NCBI GenBank assembly: GCA_022844165.1
Contig: JALHMH010000022.1
Span: 13,910-77,909 of the forward strand
Length of the DNA stretch: 64,000 nt
Direction of reading: 5' to 3'
DNA from: Lysobacterales bacterium
GTDB lineage: Bacteria > Pseudomonadota > Gammaproteobacteria > Xanthomonadales > SZUA-5
Shown here: in pieces, positions 49,564 through 58,729 of the stretch
How the letters are laid out: each line of letters opens with the position of its first letter
Numbering within the stretch: the stretch's first letter is position 1
The notes under the pieces: generated by a model
Told to the model about the DNA's origin: nothing
The model's input: the letters and a program-made list of their open reading frames with translations, nothing else
Database searches by the model: none
Translations under genes and position numbers: made by a program

Positions 49564-50130
49564 TTACACCATCGAAAAATCCAGATCATCGGCGTCATCG
49601 CTTTCGCCTTCGGCGTCGAAGAAATCGTATGCAACGGACAGGCTCAAGAAGGTGCTGCGCTTGCCGATGCCAGTAAGCAGAAACGCCTGATCGCTGCGCA
49701 CCAGCAGCAGAGCGTCCTTCGGGCTATGGCTCTTCCGATAGTTGAACGTGGTTCGGTACAGCCCAGGACCCAATCCGGAACCTGTCAACGGATACACATC
49801 GGTGACCTGGAACGTGGCCAGCTCACTCATCGACACGGCTTCCAAGGGCGATTCGACATCGAAGGAACTGGGCTTCAGTTCGGCGGGCTGATCGTCGATC
49901 AGTGTTCGCACTTCTTCAACCGGCGAGCCGTCGGGATCGGCCTTCAATGTCGATACAGCATTCGTGGGCAGGAGCCGCCCGTCGGCCAATAAAATGCCGC
50001 GACTGAGCGGCTTGCCGTCCTTTTCGGCGATGCGTTTTGCGTAACCGTACAGCGCCTTCTTATCGACTTTCGCGCCGATTTCGAAGCAGATCGCAGTATC
50101 GCCCAATCGGAATTGCAGAGGTTTAGCCAT
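49564..50130 (-). CDS. Hypothetical protein, putative divergent Ku-like (Ku-A) with acidic tail
   Basis: KDGKPLSR..DGRLL..DGSPV; VSMSEL..VYPL; TFNYR..ALLLVR..FLLT, in Ku order; ends DDADDLDFSMV. Confidence 0.58.
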   Translation of the reverse strand: MAKPLQFRLGDTAICFEIGAKVDKKALYGYAKRIAEKDGKPLSRGILLADGRLLPTNAVSTLKADPDGSPVEEVRTLIDDQPAELKPSSFDVESPLEAVSMSELATFQVTDVYPLTGSGLGPGLYRTTFNYRKSHSPKDALLLVRSDQAFLLTGIGKRSTFLSLSVAYDFFDAEGESDDADDLDFSMV

Positions 50131-50321
50131 AAGTCAGTTCTGCGATCAACAGGCGGCAAATATGCACCATTCGAAGCCAGGATGGTGGCAAAGTGCCCGG
50201 AATGTCGGAGCCACGGAAGACAAACAATGCTCTGGCCATGACGAAACCAGCGTCTGGCAACCTGTAGCGCGGCTTCGCATCAGAGCGCCGGGCAATGCTG
50301 GCGGCGTTCGACAGCGGACCT

Positions 50322-51881
50322 CTATTTGGGCCGGCCGACGCAGATGATCGTCAGATCGTCCGTTGAGCGGTCTTTGCCAACAAATTCCAGCAATGACTTG
50401 CGCAAAGCATCGTTGATCTCAGCCGGGCTCTCGCAACTGGTCAACACCTGATCGCGCCGCTTCTTGCCATACGCTTCTTTTTTACTGTTTTCGCCTTCGT
50501 CCACGCCATCAGTGGTCATCAGCAGGCAGTCGCCGGGCGCCAGTTGCAACCGTTGTTCGCGCAAGTTTGGCGTAGCTTCGGCGCCGAGCGGCGATCCTGG
50601 ATCGAGGCCCATTTCGATCACCTTGCGCGTGGCTGAGCGCAGCACCGGCGGCGAGTGGCCGGCGAGCGCGACGCGGCACAATCCACTTTGCAAGTCGATG
50701 TACACTGCACACACTGTGGCGAACATACCGGTCTCCAGCACCGGCACCATTGCCTCCTGCAACTCGACGAGCAGTTCCGACGGACTTGGCACATTGGGGA
50801 TCAACAGTCGCAAATCGGCCACGACATAAGCCATGTACAGCGACGCGGAAATACCCTTGCCGGACACATCGCCGATGACAATGACCAACTCATCGGCGCC
50901 ACGTTTTTCGATGTGATAAAAATCTCCGCCGATCATCAGCGCCGGCGTGTACGACAAGGCCAGTTCGAATCCGTTGAGGTCCGCGGGTGGTTTCGAGAGC
51001 AGTCGCATTTGAATGCGCTGAGCGAGCCGCAAGTCGGCGTCGCGTAACTTGCGCGAGCCCGCCGCGGCCTGCATACGCACGCCGGAAACGGGAATCCGCA
51101 GTAACAACAGCGCCTCGCGAAAATCCGCAACCGAAACCCGAGGCAAAGACTGCGTCGTTGGAAGTCCACCGCCCTCGACCAGCAATCCGACCTTGTCGTC
51201 GATTGGCAAGGCAATCAGCGGCTCGATATCGGTTGAAGCCAATTGCGCAGCCAGACTGCGAAGCTCGTCGTGCGTCCAGACGACCAGGCCGGTCGGTTGT
51301 GCTTTTAGCATCGACATCGCTCGGAATAGCGCGTTGCGGGACATCTCGCCGTCGTGTGGAAAGCGTCCCAGCGCCCAACCGGCGCGCCAATCGACGAGGC
51401 TGGCACGCAGGGCGCCAGGCACGAGCCGAACGATCACCTCCAACAACGCGATTGCCTGTTGTTGAGGGTCGTTACTGGCTTGTTGCAATGCCGCCATCAG
51501 CGCCGGCGCCAACTCATCTTTGAGCGGCTTGTTCGGCGGCATCAGGGTGCGTTCCATGGTTTGACTGTTGGGCGGCGGCGCTGTGGACGTTGCTGCCAGT
51601 TGCTGGTTATAGACCAGCGTGGCACGGCCAAGCCCGACCACATCACCCTCGCGCAACAGCCGATCGCCAATCAAGCGCACGCCGTTGATTTCAGTACCGT
51701 TGGCACTGCCCAAATCTCGTAAACGCCATCCGTCGACGGAGGCGATGACTTCAGCATGACGTCGCGATACGGTTGGATCGTCGATCGGATACGTGACCGC
51801 CGGATCCCGACCGATCACGCCATCGCGCTCGATGGTGATGACACGTCCTTGCGCCTTGCCGCTGAGAACCACTAAGTACAT
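50322..51881 (-). CDS. FHA domain plus SpoIIE/PP2C-type serine/threonine phosphatase
   Basis: IGRD..VSRRHA..DLGSANGT.ING (FHA); GGDFY, GDVSGKG, AGH, TDG, DDLT (PP2C). Confidence 0.9.
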   Translation of the reverse strand: MYLVVLSGKAQGRVITIERDGVIGRDPAVTYPIDDPTVSRRHAEVIASVDGWRLRDLGSANGTEINGVRLIGDRLLREGDVVGLGRATLVYNQQLAATSTAPPPNSQTMERTLMPPNKPLKDELAPALMAALQQASNDPQQQAIALLEVIVRLVPGALRASLVDWRAGWALGRFPHDGEMSRNALFRAMSMLKAQPTGLVVWTHDELRSLAAQLASTDIEPLIALPIDDKVGLLVEGGGLPTTQSLPRVSVADFREALLLLRIPVSGVRMQAAAGSRKLRDADLRLAQRIQMRLLSKPPADLNGFELALSYTPALMIGGDFYHIEKRGADELVIVIGDVSGKGISASLYMAYVVADLRLLIPNVPSPSELLVELQEAMVPVLETGMFATVCAVYIDLQSGLCRVALAGHSPPVLRSATRKVIEMGLDPGSPLGAEATPNLREQRLQLAPGDCLLMTTDGVDEGENSKKEAYGKKRRDQVLTSCESPAEINDALRKSLLEFVGKDRSTDDLTIICVGRPK

Positions 51882-51993
51882 TCGCTTTCCCGAATTCTGA
51901 CCAGGCGCATGCCGTATGACACACGAGCTTTTCCAGCGCCGCAACCGCGATTAGTGCAAGAATCCGACCGCCGAAGCAAGAGACGAGGAAGAT

Positions 51994-52371
51994 ATGACGA
52001 TTGCATTATGGTGTGTTCTGGTGGCAGCGTTCCTGCCGATCGCGTTTACCGGCGTTGCCAAGTTCAGCGGCCCAGGATTCAGCAACCGCAATCCGCGCGA
52101 CTTTCAGGCCCGCCTCACTGGCTTTCGGCAGCGCGCACATGCGGCCCACCTGAACGCCTTCGAGGCCTTCCCGCCGTTTGCCGCTGCCGTCATCATCGCA
52201 CATGTGTTGGGCGCTGATCGCGGTCTGTCGGACGGGTTGGCTGTTGCTTTCATCGTGTTGCGGCTGGGTTACGGTGCCGCTTACATGGCCGACAAGCCGT
52301 CGCTGCGCAGTGTGCTGTGGTTAGGTGCCGTCGGTTGCTGGGTTGCCCTGTTCGTGATTGCAGCGGGCTGA
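51994..52371 (+). CDS. MAPEG family membrane protein
   Basis: RAHAAHLNAFEAFPPFAAAV, LRSVLW; four hydrophobic segments. Confidence 0.88.
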   Translation: MTIALWCVLVAAFLPIAFTGVAKFSGPGFSNRNPRDFQARLTGFRQRAHAAHLNAFEAFPPFAAAVIIAHVLGADRGLSDGLAVAFIVLRLGYGAAYMADKPSLRSVLWLGAVGCWVALFVIAAG

Positions 52372-52430
52372 CCCTTAGCCGTCAGCGTCAAACACAGCTG
52401 CGCGTTCGAACAACAGTTTGCAGGCCGCAA

Positions 52431-52461
52431 ACGCGAAAGGGGCCGGCATTGCCGGCCCCTT
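52431..52461 (-). terminator. Probable intrinsic terminator between convergent genes
   Basis: AAGGGGCCGGCA-T-TGCCGGCCCCTT hairpin with a short T run on the minus strand. Confidence 0.72.
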
Positions 52462-52487
52462 GGTTCGCTGCCGAGGATGGCGCCGGT

Positions 52488-54182
52488 TCAGCGCGGGATT
52501 CTGACCGTCCAGTCGGCGGTCCAGTTGTCGCGCGGGCCAGCGAAGGCGCCACGGTACTGAACCGGACGGAAGAAACCATCGGCTGGCGCCTGACCGCCGA
52601 CCAGAATCGGCGAGGTGGCGGTGGGCAGGAAGCCACCACTGACCAGCAGCGGGTCGCCCGTGCCGTTGCCAGCGCCTGCGTTGTACCAGGCGCTGACCGC
52701 ATACGCGGCGCTGGCGTTGTCCTCGAACTGGCCGGCGACGCAGCTGCCAACCCAGGACTGGGTCATGGTCAGTGTGCTGCCGGTCTGGGTGGCCGAACTC
52801 AGGGCATAGGTCTGAGCATCGATCAAGTTGATGCAGCGATCGCGGAAACCAGCGACCACAACGTTCGCGTAGTTGCCGCCCGAGCCGCGACGAATGCGCA
52901 TGCCCTCGTTGCCTACATCCGCGCGGCCAACCATGGTCAGGTTCGACATACTCGGTTGCGTGCGCGGCAACTTGTCGGACGCAGGATTGTCGTTATCCGA
53001 TTCGATGCCGTTGCTGTCGCCGCCCTGGTCGGGGTTGATGCCCTGCCAGCCCAGCGCAAACTGGATCTTGCCATTAAAGCCTTGATCGAAATCGAAGCAG
53101 TCGTCACCCATGTTGGAGCAGACCAGGTACTTGCCGTTGACGCTGCCGCCAAACCACTCGAAACCGTCGTCGAGGCCACCGTCGACCTGCACATACTCCA
53201 GGATCGTACCCGAGCCAACCGCATTCAGGGTCAGCGAGTTCAGCTCTTCATTCGGCGCGATCTGCTGACCCGCCCAAAGAATGCGTACATAGCGAAGCGC
53301 ACCGGAGTTATCGTCAAGTACCGGCGGAACTGCGCCATAGACCAGATCCGGCACCGCTTCAAAGCGGCACGTCGTGGTCGCGGTGGCATCGTTGCAGATC
53401 GAACGGCCGTTCAGCACCAGACCCGCCCAGGAACCCGGGGTCGCTTCCGGGCCGGTGAAGGTGATCGGTTGGGTACGGGTACCCTCAGCATAGAGGCGCC
53501 CACCTTGCCTGACCGCAATGAAGTTCGGCGAAGAGCGATCTGTCGAACCCTGCACTGTGACGCCCGGCGCGATCGTCAGTCTGCCGTTGTTCTCGACGCT
53601 CACCTGGCCACGCACGATGTATTTCTTACCGGCGGGCAGAAACAAGTTGCCAGTGATGCTGCTGGGCAGACGACAATCGCTGCCATCGGCTGTAGTGCCG
53701 GCCGGACAAGCAGCCACGGGATTGTTGCACTCCAGCGCGCTGATCCTGCTAAGTGGCGTAAAAACGAAATTCACGTTCGCCAAGCCGGTCCCTGTGTTGG
53801 GGCTGATGTTGACTGCGACGCCGTCACAGGTAAATGAGATGTTGGCTGTCGCGAACACGGCCTCAAGTGGCGCGCCACGCTCGTTCCAACGACCGCCGGA
53901 GTAACGGAATAGATTGACGTTCGTGTAGTCAACTCGGCCTTCGACCATGGGAATGGCAAAGGAGGACCACACCTGGTTGCCGGCGTTGTCGTAGCTGAAG
54001 AAGGCACCGAACGTGGTGTTCACTTCGGGGATGTAGTCGAGCAACAGGCCCTTGTTTTGGCCGATATCGCGGGCGTCGACGAAGGCGCCATCGAAGGCTT
54101 CGGTGACAATGTTGGCGGCAGCAGGCCCGGCCAGAGCCAGGGCGCACGAGGTCGCGAGCAGAGACTTGCGGATGATACGCAT
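52488..54182 (-). CDS. Secreted beta-helix protein associated with a TonB-dependent receptor, with an extra N-terminal domain
   Basis: Signal peptide; LTIAPGVTV, DNSGALRYVRI, DDGFEWFGGSV, GDDCFDFDQG, NGIESDN, YRGAF, WTADW. Confidence 0.75.
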   Translation of the reverse strand: MRIIRKSLLATSCALALAGPAAANIVTEAFDGAFVDARDIGQNKGLLLDYIPEVNTTFGAFFSYDNAGNQVWSSFAIPMVEGRVDYTNVNLFRYSGGRWNERGAPLEAVFATANISFTCDGVAVNISPNTGTGLANVNFVFTPLSRISALECNNPVAACPAGTTADGSDCRLPSSITGNLFLPAGKKYIVRGQVSVENNGRLTIAPGVTVQGSTDRSSPNFIAVRQGGRLYAEGTRTQPITFTGPEATPGSWAGLVLNGRSICNDATATTTCRFEAVPDLVYGAVPPVLDDNSGALRYVRILWAGQQIAPNEELNSLTLNAVGSGTILEYVQVDGGLDDGFEWFGGSVNGKYLVCSNMGDDCFDFDQGFNGKIQFALGWQGINPDQGGDSNGIESDNDNPASDKLPRTQPSMSNLTMVGRADVGNEGMRIRRGSGGNYANVVVAGFRDRCINLIDAQTYALSSATQTGSTLTMTQSWVGSCVAGQFEDNASAAYAVSAWYNAGAGNGTGDPLLVSGGFLPTATSPILVGGQAPADGFFRPVQYRGAFAGPRDNWTADWTVRIPR

Positions 54183-54272
54183 GAGGAAACTCCGTAAGGG
54201 GGGTATTGCGCCGACCGTGTCGACGGGAATTCGCACACTAAGAAGTTTCTGTTTCAGCTAACCTGCGCACGC

Positions 54273-54290
54273 ATGACAGTTTAGTGACAG
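54273..54290 (-). promoter_or_regulatory. Pho box
   Basis: CTGTCAC-TAAA-CTGTCAT on the minus strand, about 90 bp upstream of ATG 54182. Confidence 0.82.
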
Positions 54291-54293
54291 CGG

Positions 54294-54465
54294 CGAGCGT
54301 CCTTAACGGAGGTGAGATTCGGCGCTGACACGCCGCGAGCGCCGAACCGAACGACCGGCTATTCCGCCGGGCCAGAAACGAGCGCGCAGCGCTCGATGGG
54401 GTTTGGAAAGTACGCTGTCGAACGAAGCCAACAATGCTTGGCGGTCTGGGGCGGAGCCTCGTCAG
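54294..54465 (+). repeat. Copy of repeat family R
   Basis: GTCCTTAACGGAG-GTGAGATTCGGCGCTGACACGCCGC...GAAGCCAACAATGCTTGGCGGTCTGGGGCGGAGCCTCG. Confidence 0.85.
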
Positions 54466-54468
54466 ACT

Positions 54469-57400
54469 TCAGAACTTCCATTCCACCGACAGCGCGGCCT
54501 CGCGACCTTTTCGGTATGTCCGGGTTGGCGACCCGCCCTGATCGAAACGCACTTCGGGATCGAGCAGGTTGCGCAGGCGCAACTTGAGACCAAAGCCGTT
54601 CCAGGGCAGCTTCTGCGAAAGCGTGAAGTCGACCTGATTAAAGGGCTGCTCGTAGACATCCGGCAATCCGTTGACGCCGACCCGCGAGATGCGCTCGCCG
54701 AAGACATTCCAGGACAATTGCGCCTCAGTCCGGCCTTCCGGATGCAAGTAGGACAACGACGCATTGGCCACGTATTTCGATTGCCCCTGCAGCGGACGCA
54801 CCGTGTTGGTCTGGATGCCTGGGTCACCCAGATCAATCTCGGAGTCGATGCGCGCATAGTTGGCACCGAAATAGATATCCTGCCAGGGAAGACGCTTGAG
54901 AAACTCGGGCAGCATGCCCAGCCGTCCCACACTGTCGAGCGACTTGTAAACGTCGAACTCGATGCCGACGTTGGTCGCGCTGTCGGCGTTGTCGATGGCC
55001 AGCAACTCACCGGAGGCAGGTGTCGAGATCAACTCGATCGGATTGGTGAATTCCTTCGAGAAAAGGGCGACCGAGAAGCTCTCCAAGGTGCTGAAGTAGT
55101 ACTCCCAGCGCAGGTCGACATTCTCGATCTCCGCCTGCACCAGGTCAGGGTTGCCCTGAACACGTACGTCGAGCAGCGGGTCGACAAAATTCGCCGGAGA
55201 CTGTTCGCGGATGTCCGGTCGCGACAACGAAGTGCTGTATCCAAGCCGCAACTGGGCCTTGTCGGAGTACGACCAGGTCAGGGAGCCCGACGGCAGATCA
55301 TCCACGTTGTCCAGCACGCCAATGACCGGAATGGCGTTCGGATTGAAGGGTTGCACCGTGGTAACCGTCTGCAACATCTCTTCGCGGCGAACACCAAGGT
55401 TCAATCGGAGATCCCGCCAGGCGGCGTCCGCCATCAGATAGCGCGCATCCAGCTGCTGCTGGGCGGTGTAGGCATCAGAGGCCTGTGTGTTCTCTTCAAG
55501 TCTCAGGCCGTTCGGCCCGACCCGGCTGGGATTGAAGCGTTCGTCAATGCCTGAGAACTGGTTTGCGTTGACACGATCGGTAAAGCGGAATCGACGGATT
55601 TGCGAGTCGCGTTCGCGATCGAAGCGGGACGCACCGGCCTGCAGCGAAAGCTCCGCCTGCTCGCCAAACTGGAAGAGCTTCTTCAAGTTAACGGCATAGT
55701 CGCTCGACTCGTCCTGCAGGTCTTCGATGCGAAACACGTTGAAGTTGTTCTGGAAGTTCCCGGATCCCTCGTCCAGTGTGAAGCGATACAGCCTGGAGTT
55801 CGGGGCATAGCGCCTTGCGCCGGCATCGGTCGCCTGCCATGTCACATACAGGCCACCCAGTGCGGGCAGGCTGTGCTCGCCCGCCAGCTGCGCGGTGTCC
55901 AGCGAGTTCTCAATCCACTCCAGCGACGTCTGGATATCGATGTTGCCCGAGCCCAGCACACCATCGTCAATCTGCGTCTGATCCGTCGACTGTCGCAGTC
56001 TGGTGACCGTCAGATCTACCTTGTGCAGCTCACCGACCCGCAGCCCGAGCACGCCGAACAGGCTCGAATCGATCGCACGATCAGTGCGCTCACGCACGAA
56101 TTCTTCCGCCGGCAACAACTCGTCCTGAAACAGGCTGTAGCTCACCCGCTGCTCCTCGCGCGCATCCCAGGCATGGGCGTAGCGCACGGAAGCGATGTAG
56201 CCCAGGCTGACATCGGAATCGCCAAACCGGAAGTCATCGCCAACGCCGATGCCAAAGCCCCCGTTGGGACCGAGCGAATCGCGGCGTGTCGCGAGACTGG
56301 TCTGAAGCAGGTCGCGCCCGGCGGCTTCGAGATCGGCAATGTTCTGCGGCAAGCGCTCGGTGCCGAAAACACTGTCAACGAAGCGTGTGCCGTCATCGCG
56401 GCCCGTCCAGTCGCGGCTCGAGCCCTGATATCGAAGACCTTCCTCGCCGGTGGTGCCGTCGGCGTAGCCCAGGCTCACTGAGCTGCGGAAAAAGAACTCT
56501 TCGGGCACACCGCGGGTACGCAGCTGGATCGTGCCGCCAGCAAACTCTCCCGGCATGTCCGCGGTGTAGGTCTTCTGCACCACAATGCCCTGAAGCACCT
56601 CGGTGGGAAATAGATCCAGGGGCACCACCCGGCGGGTCGGGTCGGGGCTGGGTACCTGCGCACCGTTCAGCAAAGTACTGGAGTAGCGCTCACCCAATCC
56701 ACGGACATAAACGAACTTGCCGTCGACCAGGGTCAGGCCGGTCACGCGCTTGAGCGCGCCAGCGGCATCGGAGTCTCCCGCGCGCGAGATCTGTTCGGCG
56801 CCGAGGATATCGGTGACCGCCGAGCTGGTGCGGCGTTCCTCGACGAAGCTGGCCAGTGAGCCTTCAATGAAGGGTTCCAGGACGACAAACTCCGGCAGCT
56901 CAACACCAGCGGGCGTCAGCTCGATGGCTTTCTCGGTGGTCTGTTCGCTGACAATGGCGACGTCCTCGAAGCTACGCGAGGCAAAGCGCGGCGCAAGGAC
57001 CGAAATTGCGTAGCTGCCAGGGGCAATGCTGGCGCTGAAGCGGCCTTCGCCGTCGGTGACCAGATCGATCGGCGTACCAGAGACGAATACGCGCGCGCCG
57101 GCCACCGGCTTACCGTCTTCGGCATTGACGATACGACCGCTCAAGGTGCCAGGCGGTCCCAGCTCGGGCCGGGCTTCGGCGGTGGCGCCCGCGCCTGCAT
57201 TGGTGCTTTCAATGAAGACGCTTGGGGCCGCATCTGGGTACAGGGTGGCAATGATCTGAGCGTCTTCGTCTTCTACGAGATTCAGTTCAAGGCTCAACAC
57301 TTCGGCGCCCTGGCGCAGCACCCGCAGGCGCCGCGCACCGGGCTCGATTTTGAGGTTCAGGGCGCCATCGCTGCTGGTGCGCCCGCGGGGCGCGGCATCA

Positions 57401-57531
57401 ATCTGGACTTCGGCGTCCACCACCGGCCGGCCTTCGTCGAACAAATAGAGCGACAGCTCCGCGGACTCGGCGGCACAGGGCTGCTGGCAGACCAGGGCGG
57501 AAATAGCGAGGGCGAGCAAGCGGCGCTTCAT
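54469..57531 (-). CDS. TonB-dependent receptor with N-terminal carboxypeptidase-regulatory-like domains
   Basis: Signal peptide; LSGRIV..PVAGA; plug DAAGALKRVTG..VYVRGLGERY; GNPDL; NLLD; terminal EWKF. Confidence 0.94.
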   Translation of the reverse strand: MKRRLLALAISALVCQQPCAAESAELSLYLFDEGRPVVDAEVQIDAAPRGRTSSDGALNLKIEPGARRLRVLRQGAEVLSLELNLVEDEDAQIIATLYPDAAPSVFIESTNAGAGATAEARPELGPPGTLSGRIVNAEDGKPVAGARVFVSGTPIDLVTDGEGRFSASIAPGSYAISVLAPRFASRSFEDVAIVSEQTTEKAIELTPAGVELPEFVVLEPFIEGSLASFVEERRTSSAVTDILGAEQISRAGDSDAAGALKRVTGLTLVDGKFVYVRGLGERYSSTLLNGAQVPSPDPTRRVVPLDLFPTEVLQGIVVQKTYTADMPGEFAGGTIQLRTRGVPEEFFFRSSVSLGYADGTTGEEGLRYQGSSRDWTGRDDGTRFVDSVFGTERLPQNIADLEAAGRDLLQTSLATRRDSLGPNGGFGIGVGDDFRFGDSDVSLGYIASVRYAHAWDAREEQRVSYSLFQDELLPAEEFVRERTDRAIDSSLFGVLGLRVGELHKVDLTVTRLRQSTDQTQIDDGVLGSGNIDIQTSLEWIENSLDTAQLAGEHSLPALGGLYVTWQATDAGARRYAPNSRLYRFTLDEGSGNFQNNFNVFRIEDLQDESSDYAVNLKKLFQFGEQAELSLQAGASRFDRERDSQIRRFRFTDRVNANQFSGIDERFNPSRVGPNGLRLEENTQASDAYTAQQQLDARYLMADAAWRDLRLNLGVRREEMLQTVTTVQPFNPNAIPVIGVLDNVDDLPSGSLTWSYSDKAQLRLGYSTSLSRPDIREQSPANFVDPLLDVRVQGNPDLVQAEIENVDLRWEYYFSTLESFSVALFSKEFTNPIELISTPASGELLAIDNADSATNVGIEFDVYKSLDSVGRLGMLPEFLKRLPWQDIYFGANYARIDSEIDLGDPGIQTNTVRPLQGQSKYVANASLSYLHPEGRTEAQLSWNVFGERISRVGVNGLPDVYEQPFNQVDFTLSQKLPWNGFGLKLRLRNLLDPEVRFDQGGSPTRTYRKGREAALSVEWKF

Positions 57532-57583
57532 GGCGGACAATCCAGAGATCGATGGCCGGCGCGCGACGCGCAGGCGGGGTACG

Positions 57584-58729
57584 TCAGGCACAAGCCCAGG
57601 GCGTATCGGCACACTCCTGCATCAGACGCCGCAGCTCAGTGGCCTTACGGAACAACTCCGGTCGGATCAGCACCTGCAGATGGCGCTCGACGTTTTCAAA
57701 CTGACCCAGCCGATACCAGGCATAGGCCAGGGCGTAACGGAGATCCTCGTCATCCCAAAGGCCGGCCCGGCGCAGACCGCCTTCGAGCGCCGTGACTTCG
57801 GCGTACTTGCGGGCAGCAATCAGCAGGCCGACGCGCTGCTTAAGCTTGCGGGCGCCGTCCTCGACGCGCGCGTTGAGGTTAAGTGCGCGCGCTGTCTGGC
57901 CGGCACGGCGATAAAGCTCAGCCGCTTCGACCAACAGTTCGGGTTCGCGTTCAGCCTGCGCCGCCATCACGTCAGCGGCCGCCAGCGGCTTGCCGCTCTC
58001 CAGCCAGGTCTGCGCCAGCGCGCGTGCAATCGCGCCGTTGTCGGGAAACTTCAGGCGCGCGGCTTCAAGAAAGCGCAGCGCTTCATCGAAGGAGCGGCTG
58101 CGGCGAAGCGCAGTACCGATGGCCGCGTAGTCGTCGGCCTTGGGCTCGCCGCGATTGAGATAATCGCGGCCCAGATCGGCAGCTTGCGCATAGAGACCGG
58201 CTTCGACCAGATAGAACACCTGGCGACGCTGAAAACCGAGGTTGCCGGGAAAACGGTTGCCGGCGTCACTGAGCGTATCGAACGCGGCCTGGCGCTTGCC
58301 CTGCATCCACAGGGCATGCGCGCGCAGCATCCACGCGCCGCTGATGCCCGCGACCGCCTCGCCGGCCTCGTCCAGCGCAGCAATCGCCTGCGGATAGCGC
58401 TCCAGGCCGAAATAGGCCTGCGCCCGGTAGAGGTGAATCATCGGTTCGGCCTGTCCTGCGCCAACAGCCGCATCGAAGGCATCGGCAGCGGTTTCGAGCT
58501 GCTGTTGCTCGAGCGCGATCAAGCCCCGCACCGTGTGGTACTTGGCCAGATCAAGGCCTTCAACGCTCAGGTCCACTCGCGCCAGTGCTTCGGCAGCGCG
58601 GGTGCTCTCGCCATCGCGCATCAGCAGGGCGGCAAGCTCGATGAAGTCAACCTCATCGGCGTCCTGATCCTGCGCAACGATCGGAGTGAACAGAGCCAGC
58701 AGGAAAGTGAACACGATCAGGCGCTTCAT
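57584..58729 (-). CDS. Exported TPR protein (TtpD-like)
   Basis: Signal peptide and TPR-like helical repeats; ATGA overlap with tonB. Confidence 0.8.
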   Translation of the reverse strand: MKRLIVFTFLLALFTPIVAQDQDADEVDFIELAALLMRDGESTRAAEALARVDLSVEGLDLAKYHTVRGLIALEQQQLETAADAFDAAVGAGQAEPMIHLYRAQAYFGLERYPQAIAALDEAGEAVAGISGAWMLRAHALWMQGKRQAAFDTLSDAGNRFPGNLGFQRRQVFYLVEAGLYAQAADLGRDYLNRGEPKADDYAAIGTALRRSRSFDEALRFLEAARLKFPDNGAIARALAQTWLESGKPLAAADVMAAQAEREPELLVEAAELYRRAGQTARALNLNARVEDGARKLKQRVGLLIAARKYAEVTALEGGLRRAGLWDDEDLRYALAYAWYRLGQFENVERHLQVLIRPELFRKATELRRLMQECADTPWACA

